Positions 1 through 6,101 of a stretch of DNA of 11,984 bases are shown one piece after another. Each line of letters begins with the position of its first letter. Positions within the stretch are counted from its first letter, which is position 1. The translations under genes were made by a program, and so were the position numbers. The DNA lies in assembly GCA_048884965.1 (NCBI GenBank), contig JBHLQH010000066.1:1-11984 (forward strand), given 5' to 3'. The notes under the pieces were generated by a model. The model made no database searches and was not told the origin of the DNA. It saw only the letters and a list, made by a program, of their open reading frames with translations. This stretch comes from Candidatus Thorarchaeota archaeon. Lineage in GTDB: Archaea > Asgardarchaeota > Thorarchaeia > Thorarchaeales > Thorarchaeaceae.

Positions 1-539
1 TCGAGAAGACTCACTGTATCACGTGCGATGTCCTTCTCGCGATAGGAGCTTGTGCATCCCACGAAATAGACATATTCCGCCTTTTCAGGCCATTCGCGAT
101 TTCCGAACAGCTCTAATCTATCCGCTGCTGCTTCCTTGTAAGGATTGTACTCATTCTTGATTGACTCTTCTATCAAGTCATGCTTCTTCATCGAATTTCC
201 GCTTTCGAAAAGATCTCTTCGAAGAGCTTCCATCATTTCTGGTAGACGGATACCTTCTGCTGTGGCAGTGCATGTTTCTTGACAGTTCCGGCATGTAGTG
301 CAGGTATATGCCCAATTGATGACATCATCAGTGATATCGAGCTCACCATCAATGAGATCATTCATCACCATAATTCTACCTCGTGAAGCATAGGTTTCGA
401 AGCCTAGGACATTTTTGACTGCACAAGGATGAAAGACATCTCTATTCGAAGCTACTGTCTTATCTGCAAGTGAGCAATCTCCACATCGGGCACATAACCA
501 TAGGTCCTCTTTGTACTTAGATAGATGTTTGAACTGCAT
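1..539 (-). CDS. (Fe-S)-binding oxidoreductase, HdrD/GlpC/GlcF-like (2x[4Fe-4S] + CCG domain); 3'-partial, runs off the left edge
   Basis: Not in the ORF track; translated by hand from ATG at 539: MQFKHLSKYKEDLWLCARCGDC...HPCAV...YASRGR...YTCTTCRNCQETC...NPY...YFVGCTSSYRE. It has two ferredoxin-type Cys clusters, the RGR and NPY motifs and the CCG-domain start YFxGC. The ATG directly abuts the TAA (542-540) of the FAD oxidoreductase gene. Confidence 0.9.
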   Translation of the reverse strand, partial: MQFKHLSKYKEDLWLCARCGDCSLADKTVASNRDVFHPCAVKNVLGFETYASRGRIMVMNDLIDGELDITDDVINWAYTCTTCRNCQETCTATAEGIRLPEMMEALRRDLFESGNSMKKHDLIEESIKNEYNPYKEAAADRLELFGNREWPEKAEYVYFVGCTSSYREKDIARDTVSLL

Positions 540-1964
540 TTACTTAACCCCCGTGAATGTATTTGGTGCGAAGATATTATCAGGGTCAAGTGCGTTCTTC
601 ACTTTCCAATATGTTTCAAGAAATGTACTGTCTGATTTTGACAATGTCCTGTTCTCCCAGAGGAGTCCATTCCAATAGGGACATCCTCCTGTTTCAATCA
701 CAGCATCAAGTAGTTCGTTCCATGCTTTCAATGCAAGTTCCATCTTCTCTTGATTTGGCGGAAATAAGGTAATCCATCCAGTAGCATATGTTCTCTCTGC
801 ACCGAGGCAGCTTGCAATCCACTTGATTCCGTTATCCAACAACTTGTACTTCTCAAAGATTGCCCATGCCTTGTGCATTATATCGGGAATTCTAGGTATA
901 GGTCGAAGATGACAGGTGTTTAGCCAGAATCCGTTATTGTATAGAGGCTGTACTAGGTTGAAGAGTTCTCCCCAATGCATTTGAGATGCGAAATTCCCTA
1001 GGTCCTTCCCTCCGTGGTTCATAGCAATCTCTCTGACAATCTCCATCTTTCGTATTGCTAGCTGTTCATCAGTTTCTTGTACAATTGCAGCAAAGAATGA
1101 ATGAATCTCTGGATGACTATCTAAAAAGCCCGGGAAGAAAGTGTCGGTGGATTGGCGGTCTGCAAGTAGATTTAACTCTTCAGTCAACCCCCTCTTCTGG
1201 ACCTCATGGAATGCTTTTGTCGCCTCTTCTAGTGTCTTGAATCCAAAGTCACCGTAGGTAATGTGCTCAGCTTTCGGATAAATCTTGAGAGTGACTTTGG
1301 TCTTTACTCCTAGCGTTCCTTGGTCGCCCAGGAATATTCCTGTCAGATCATTATAGGTTGAGTATCTTCCAAAGATTTGTGCTGACTCATTCCAGCCTGT
1401 ACCAGTTTGAATTACATTTCCATTCGCGAGAACTACTTCTAGTGATACAGTACCTTCAGGTGAGGGTCCATATTTCGAGGCGGCATATCCAATGCTATTG
1501 ATACTTGTCGAGCCTCCGACAGTTCCGACATTCCCACCATAGGGTCCTCGAAAACCAAGCTTGTACCCTTGCTCGTCTAGACGATGTATCAGTTCCGCCC
1601 AGCGAAGACCTGCTTCTACAGTAACAGTCATGACGTCCTCATCTATTTTTATGATTTTGTCCATCTTGACCATGTCAAGCATGACCATCCCCTGTTGTCT
1701 GGGCAGACAGGCACCACAAATCCCATTTCTTCCCCCTACAGCTACAAGTGGAGTCTTTGTAGAAGCACACAGCTTCACAATAGATTGGATTTCCTCGACG
1801 CTCTCAGGCATCACCACTATCCCAGGTCTTTCTGCAGTAAGATGACATGCATCCATTTTATAGGCTGAGATGATTACCTGATTATCATTAACACGGTCTT
1901 CGCCCACAATGGAAACGATATCACTGTAGAGCGAGTGGGTTCTTGAAGATCTAACAGCCGTCAT
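540..1964 (-). CDS. FAD-binding oxidoreductase, GlcD/VAO-PCMH family (FAD_binding_4 + FAD-oxidase C-terminal domain)
   Basis: Motifs include PGIVVMPESVEEIQSIVK, MLDMVKMDKI, TVTVEAG, GTVGG, KYG, LEVVLANG, DLTGIFLGDQGTLGVKT and terminal KNALDPDNIFAP. The open frame extends to 1997, but ATG at 1964 is the more plausible start. Confidence 0.9.
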   Translation of the reverse strand: MTAVRSSRTHSLYSDIVSIVGEDRVNDNQVIISAYKMDACHLTAERPGIVVMPESVEEIQSIVKLCASTKTPLVAVGGRNGICGACLPRQQGMVMLDMVKMDKIIKIDEDVMTVTVEAGLRWAELIHRLDEQGYKLGFRGPYGGNVGTVGGSTSINSIGYAASKYGPSPEGTVSLEVVLANGNVIQTGTGWNESAQIFGRYSTYNDLTGIFLGDQGTLGVKTKVTLKIYPKAEHITYGDFGFKTLEEATKAFHEVQKRGLTEELNLLADRQSTDTFFPGFLDSHPEIHSFFAAIVQETDEQLAIRKMEIVREIAMNHGGKDLGNFASQMHWGELFNLVQPLYNNGFWLNTCHLRPIPRIPDIMHKAWAIFEKYKLLDNGIKWIASCLGAERTYATGWITLFPPNQEKMELALKAWNELLDAVIETGGCPYWNGLLWENRTLSKSDSTFLETYWKVKNALDPDNIFAPNTFTGVK

Positions 1965-2075
1965 ATTCCACACTCGTGTTTTCAGCAATATTCCCACTAT
2001 AAGTAGTCAGCGTTCTTACTCTCTACGACGGAACACTTTATGTATCCGAAGGAACTCCTTGTTGCGAGGATAATA

Positions 2076-2558
2076 GTGAAACGAATTGGAGTAGTTCTGG
2101 GACGTGGTGGGCATACTGCTCAGACATTTGCACTAATTGACTTATTGGGAAGGAAATTTGAATACCTCTATCTCATCGGACTACTAGATAATCTGACACC
2201 AAGGAAGATTCGGATTCCTGGGAAAGTCCTGAAAGTTTTCGCTCCTCGACTACTCCCACAAGATTCCAAGGTGATGTCAATCATAAGGACTCTTGTTACG
2301 CTTTTCCTCTCTTTTGCGTATCTCCTTGGTTTTAGACCAGATGTCGTCATCAGCTGTGGTACCGGTATGACAGTCCCCATCTTCTATGCAGCACGTTCTC
2401 TTGGCATTAAGACCGTATTCATCGAGAGTATGTCTCGTGTAGAGAGTTTGTCCCAGACAGGTCGAATGTTACTTGGGAAGACATCATTGTTCTGTGTACA
2501 ATGGGCGGACTTAGCTGCACGAACTCCCGGTGCGACCTATGGAGGTCAGCTCCTATGA
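2076..2558 (+). CDS. alg14: Alg14-like (PssD/Cps14F-like) UDP-GlcNAc transferase, acceptor-binding subunit
   Basis: Motifs GRGGHT, RPDVVISCGTGMTVP, VFIESMSRVESLSQTGR and FCVQW are diagnostic of Alg14. The frame opens at 2040, but GTG at 2076 follows a GAGGA Shine-Dalgarno-like motif. Confidence 0.9.
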   Translation: MKRIGVVLGRGGHTAQTFALIDLLGRKFEYLYLIGLLDNLTPRKIRIPGKVLKVFAPRLLPQDSKVMSIIRTLVTLFLSFAYLLGFRPDVVISCGTGMTVPIFYAARSLGIKTVFIESMSRVESLSQTGRMLLGKTSLFCVQWADLAARTPGATYGGQLL

Positions 2559-3010
2559 TTTTCGTCACAGTAGGAACAGCCTTCTATGATCCTCTCATAT
2601 GTCAAATTGACAGCTTGGTAGAGCAAGGACTCATTACGGATCCCGTAGTTGCTCAGATTGGTAGAGGGCAATACATCCCAAAGAACTTCAGCTACTTCAG
2701 ATTCCTGAGGAACTTAGATAGAGCCTATTCTCTGGCAGAGGTAATTGTCAGCACGGGTGGCGCAGGAACAACAATGGAATGTGTGACAAAAGGATTGAAA
2801 CTTGTCGTGGTAGAGAACACCAGCCTTGCAGAAGGTCATCAAGCCCAACTCATCGGAGAGATGGAACGACGCGGTCACCTAATCTGGTGTAAAGACTTGA
2901 AGAGCATTCGAAGTGACATCGAGTCTGCGAAAAATACTGTATTTCAACCTTTCAAATCAGATCCTCCTTTGATCCATAAGTACATAATCAAACTACTTTC
3001 GACTCGTTGA
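2555..3010 (+). CDS. alg13: Alg13-like (Glyco_tran_28_C) UDP-GlcNAc transferase, nucleotide-sugar-binding subunit
   Basis: The true start is MIFVTVGT at ATG 2555, with an ATGA overlap with the alg14 stop and GGAGGT at 2541-2546. Motifs AQIG, IVSTGGAGTTME and VVEN..LAEGHQ match Alg13. Confidence 0.9.
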   Translation: MIFVTVGTAFYDPLICQIDSLVEQGLITDPVVAQIGRGQYIPKNFSYFRFLRNLDRAYSLAEVIVSTGGAGTTMECVTKGLKLVVVENTSLAEGHQAQLIGEMERRGHLIWCKDLKSIRSDIESAKNTVFQPFKSDPPLIHKYIIKLLSTR

Positions 3011-3152
3011 GTTATCCACTGAAATCCATTTGGCGCCAATTTAATGGGCAAGAAATTAGGAAAATTACATCATGATTCCCTTTTGATACCCCTGTATGTA
3101 TCCACGTATTATCCAGATATTTGCTGAACTATTGTCTGGATTTGATGTGCTC

Positions 3153-3160
3153 TTTATATT
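3153..3160 (+). promoter_or_regulatory. Candidate archaeal TATA box for the 3259..3984 gene
   Basis: TTTATATT lies ~100 nt upstream of the ATG. It would place the transcription start near 3180-3185, just before the leader hairpin. GAGGTG at 3246-3251 is an SD-like motif. Confidence 0.45.
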
Positions 3161-3186
3161 GAAATTCTCCATTGTTCCACTGGAAG

Positions 3187-3237
3187 CAGAGGTTAGTAAA
3201 AACCGTGAAACGAAAGACCGGATGTTGCTAGTCTCTG
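3187..3237 (+). ncRNA. Candidate structured 5' leader (cis-regulatory RNA hairpin)
   Basis: CAGAGGTTAGTAA (3187-3199) pairs with TTGCTAGTCTCTG (3225-3237) over 13 contiguous bp, including 3 G-U wobbles. An inner CCG/CGG pair (3203-3205/3219-3221) closes a purine-rich loop. No family recognised. Confidence 0.4.
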
Positions 3238-3258
3238 GAACCACCGAGGTGTACCAAA

Positions 3259-3984
3259 ATGAGCAAGAAAATCAATCTTATTCGCACTCGCGGATTAGGC
3301 CTATCACTTCGACTTTTCAAATATGAGAAGTTGGATATGACAGCGACAGCGCTAACAAAGAAACTCAAGGAATTTGAATACAAGCCGAAGAAGGGAGAAA
3401 TCTCCAGCGGTTTCATGAATGTGAAGACTGCTGGTACCATTACAGTTGCAGAATTCATGGCCGAGTTCAGAGTTCCTTACTTCTCCTACAGCGACACAGG
3501 CGACAGAGTCGGTTCTCATGTAGTGAGCCTTGACAAAGCAGAAGTCCTGATAAAAACCGAGAGTGGGACAATCGAAGTCAGAGGATCTGAGCGTATTGCT
3601 AGCAAGTTTGCCAGACTTCTAGAAGAAGCAACAGGTGCGAAAGTAAGTGTTCTCAATCTAAATGGAGGAATAAAGAAACTCTATGAGAAGGCTTCAGATA
3701 TTTCTGCAGTACTTCTCAGTGATGTTGAGAAGGGACCATTACATCAAATTGAATTTAGGGGATCTGGAATTCAGACTGAACCTGAGGTCGGTATGTATGA
3801 GCGAAGATACAAAGGCGCGATAACCCGCTTCAGAGGAAGCTTTGTCTATCCGACATCGAAGGCAATGTATCCTACCGTGATTAATGGAATCAAGGGTTCG
3901 CTTATGATCTATGGCTCAGGCGATGGTATCCCTGAGAAGGACGTAGAATGGATCGTAAAAATGATGGAAGATGCTGCACCTTAG
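3259..3984 (+). CDS. Hypothetical protein, probable RdgC-like alpha/beta fold
   Basis: 241-aa ORF with a good SD. Segments LRLFKY...LTKKLKEFEYKP...SSGF and AEVLIKTESGTIEVRGSERIASKFARLLEEATGAKVSVLNL resemble my recollection of RdgC. The CDS is secure; the fold is inference. Confidence 0.75.
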   Translation: MSKKINLIRTRGLGLSLRLFKYEKLDMTATALTKKLKEFEYKPKKGEISSGFMNVKTAGTITVAEFMAEFRVPYFSYSDTGDRVGSHVVSLDKAEVLIKTESGTIEVRGSERIASKFARLLEEATGAKVSVLNLNGGIKKLYEKASDISAVLLSDVEKGPLHQIEFRGSGIQTEPEVGMYERRYKGAITRFRGSFVYPTSKAMYPTVINGIKGSLMIYGSGDGIPEKDVEWIVKMMEDAAP

Positions 3985-3993
3985 GTGCATTAT

Positions 3994-4027
3994 GGACGGG
4001 CCCTCGGTGGCCCTTCCTTCTCCTTTT
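3994..4027 (+). terminator. Putative terminator: GC hairpin plus pyrimidine/T tract between convergent genes
   Basis: GGAcGGGCC-ctcggt-GGCCCtTCC (3994-4017) is followed by TTCTCCTTTT, starting 10 nt after the stop at 3984. Confidence 0.5.
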
Positions 4028-4042
4028 GCATTGGAATCTAAA

Positions 4043-4348
4043 TCACTCAGTGCCAAGCCACTCTGCGGCTTGTCTCTTCTGACCAATTATTGTCCGTGTA
4101 TTGTCAATATACCATCTTGTTTTATCTCGAAAGCGTGGCCAAAAATCAAAGAATAGTTGTGGATTATCTGTTTCAAGAAGAAGATATCCATTCCACTCGG
4201 TTCCCCATGCATATCTGTAATCGCCAATAATCACAAGCTCTTCTGGCCAATTCTTACTAGAAAACTCTGTCCAGAATTCCTTTGCCTTGCCAGCTTCCTC
4301 GGGAGTCATCTTCATGAATCGATAGAATACAACAAATGAATAAGTCAT
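4043..4348 (-). CDS. Small dimeric alpha+beta barrel protein (GYD/DUF3303/DUF6616-like)
   Basis: 101 aa with a beta-alpha-beta-beta-alpha-beta pattern: FVVFYRF, helix, LVIIGDYRYAWGTEWNGYLLLETDNP, helix, NTRTIIG. GGAGG lies upstream on the minus strand. Confidence 0.65.
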   Translation of the reverse strand: MTYSFVVFYRFMKMTPEEAGKAKEFWTEFSSKNWPEELVIIGDYRYAWGTEWNGYLLLETDNPQLFFDFWPRFRDKTRWYIDNTRTIIGQKRQAAEWLGTE

Positions 4349-4421
4349 TCAGCGGCCTCCGAATAATGGAAAGGTTTCGGTGCATTAAAAAGATTGGCTC
4401 CTTACATTGATAGTGAAGGGA

Positions 4422-5153
4422 ATGAGTGAAGGCAATTTTGATATCGTACGTAGAGAGTTCAAGCATGGAAAAGTTGCGTACAGTTTCCAATGGAATAAGA
4501 CAAATCATGAGAAGATAGGCAACTCAGAGGGTGATTCTGCCTCTCTCTGGGCTCATCTTCAGACAATAACACAAGGCAAGATGTCTGAAGAGCCCTTCAC
4601 AAATCCTTTCTATCAAAAAGCATCTGGTCTACGTTTCAAGAAAATGTCTACCGCCGCAAAGGTGAGCTTCAGAAAGAAACTCGAAAGAAACGGAACCATA
4701 AGAAAAGACATCAACCATGACCTTGTGTCTATGATTCGTGAGTTTCACCGACATCGGGATGATGAGTCATATCGTGCAGATCATGGGATTCTCTCTGATT
4801 TTCTTTACCAAGATCCATACTCAATTGCCATTGAGGTTCCAGTCTGGTCTGACCCATTTTCATTATCTGGGCACATTGATTTAGTACGTATCATCGATGA
4901 TGTGATTCATGTATGTGACTATAAGCCAGGTCCTCTTGATTCAACAGCTCGACGATTCTTTGACTCGATCCCGCAGATAGCCGCTTATGGTGAAATGATG
5001 TCACATCACCTCGCATCGACCCTTCGAAGCGCGCTCAATGCGCCGTTGCTGCCAAAAGTTCTCTGTTGTATCTTTGATTCGCATTCCTGCTGGGAATTTG
5101 GTGCGGAAATGTTTGTTACTCTGAGAGTTGCAGATATGCTAAGCAAATTCTAA
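4422..5153 (+). CDS. PD-(D/E)XK nuclease family protein (RecB/AddB/Cas4-like nuclease core)
   Basis: Motifs AIEVPVW...LSGHIDLV...HVCDYKP...QIAAYG form the canonical E / GxxD / DYK / QxxxY set. The frame opens at TTG 4407; ATG 4422 is a plausible start. Confidence 0.85.
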   Translation: MSEGNFDIVRREFKHGKVAYSFQWNKTNHEKIGNSEGDSASLWAHLQTITQGKMSEEPFTNPFYQKASGLRFKKMSTAAKVSFRKKLERNGTIRKDINHDLVSMIREFHRHRDDESYRADHGILSDFLYQDPYSIAIEVPVWSDPFSLSGHIDLVRIIDDVIHVCDYKPGPLDSTARRFFDSIPQIAAYGEMMSHHLASTLRSALNAPLLPKVLCCIFDSHSCWEFGAEMFVTLRVADMLSKF

Positions 5154-5986
5154 GACGTACCATTAACGAGCACTCGCATATTGACAATTTCCTCAAGCAA
5201 AGGCATGTCAGAACCAGTTCTGCTCATCATTAGCTGAATGGTAGGTCTCTCTGATACAAGTCCTTCGCGAATCCTGGAAAAGTACTTTTCACTTAAGATG
5301 CCAAAGCTACTTAGCGCCGGATCTACTGGAATCCATCCCTTGTTCTCAAGATATATCTCCGACCAAGCATGGGGCTCTGGCTCTGGACCTCCTCGGAAAT
5401 AGTGTCCGACGACTCGTCTAGATGGGATTTTCACTGCTCTGCACAACGCAATAAACAGGTCCGATAGCTCATCGCAGTCACCCTCCTTCCCTTTAGCGGC
5501 TTCAGCTGCCCCTAATCTTACATCCAGGTGCGTTTTCAACTTCACTCGCTCTCGTACTACTTGGAACGCTAGTCTTGCATAGGACTCGTCATTAGAACTG
5601 CTTTCTGCAATACGTTCAGTGAGTTCCTGGATTATCGGGTTGTTTAGTTCCCAATGTTTCTGCAAAGTGCAATAAGTTCCCCTAAGCTGCTTTAGCTCGT
5701 TATTTGGAGAAGGGGTCGGTTCAAGAAGCCAATCTCTGGAAATTGTATCAACTCTCATAATGACAGTAGGAGAAAAATTCTCACCAGGATTTAGTTCAGG
5801 AACCTTGATCATTGCAACCATGTTGTTTTCAGCTTTTTCTAATACACGGGCTGGTGGAAACACATCCAATGCTTCTAAGAACTGATTGTCCATATCCGTG
5901 AGAAGGTGCCAGAGCATCTTCCCATCTTTCATTTTCGTGGCTCCACGATTCTGGACATTCGCTTGCATCTCTACTAATAGTCTCAA
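5150..5986 (-). CDS. Transglutaminase-like cysteine protease domain protein
   Basis: EGDCDELSDLFIALCRAVKIPSR, HAWSEIY and GWIPVDP give an intact Cys-His-Asp triad. The TTG start follows GGAG. The stop overlaps the convergent nuclease stop. Confidence 0.9.
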   Translation of the reverse strand: MRLLVEMQANVQNRGATKMKDGKMLWHLLTDMDNQFLEALDVFPPARVLEKAENNMVAMIKVPELNPGENFSPTVIMRVDTISRDWLLEPTPSPNNELKQLRGTYCTLQKHWELNNPIIQELTERIAESSSNDESYARLAFQVVRERVKLKTHLDVRLGAAEAAKGKEGDCDELSDLFIALCRAVKIPSRRVVGHYFRGGPEPEPHAWSEIYLENKGWIPVDPALSSFGILSEKYFSRIREGLVSERPTIQLMMSRTGSDMPLLEEIVNMRVLVNGTS

Positions 5987-6101
5987 ATTTCAGACTCCGT
6001 GAATTGGGGATTTCATGGAGGACTATTTCGAATAGATTTATGTGTTATTCTGTGGTTGCTTTGTTGACTCTGTTCGAACTATGATAGATTGAGGTAATCT
6101 C

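Noticed and set aside
3012-3117. DnaA-box-like TTATCCAC / GTATCCAC / TTATCCAG
   Set aside because: Gene content is archaeal and no perfect TTATCCACA is present. Kept only as part of the ORB-like observation.
3187-3237. c-di-GMP-I riboswitch or hammerhead identity for the leader hairpin (AAACC...GAAA...GG)
   Set aside because: It lacks the GGGACGCAAA/second hairpin of c-di-GMP-I and the CUGANGA core of hammerheads, so it is left unassigned.
3975-4041. Palindrome TGCACCT-T-AGGTGCA spanning the TAG stop plus a downstream hairpin; possible pyrrolysine readthrough signal
   Set aside because: Readthrough gives a short, non-protein-like extension. TAG ends several genes in this window, and the hairpin fits a terminator.
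4407-5153. Cas4 / CRISPR association
   Set aside because: The four-Cys Fe-S motif is absent, and there are no repeat-spacer arrays or other cas genes in the window.
5987-6016. In-frame upstream ATG (6016) with a TGA at 5992-5990 before the transglutaminase TTG start; possible selenocysteine readthrough
   Set aside because: It would add only 10 residues far from the active site, with no redox motif and no recognisable SECIS. The GGAG there is better explained as the SD for the TTG start.
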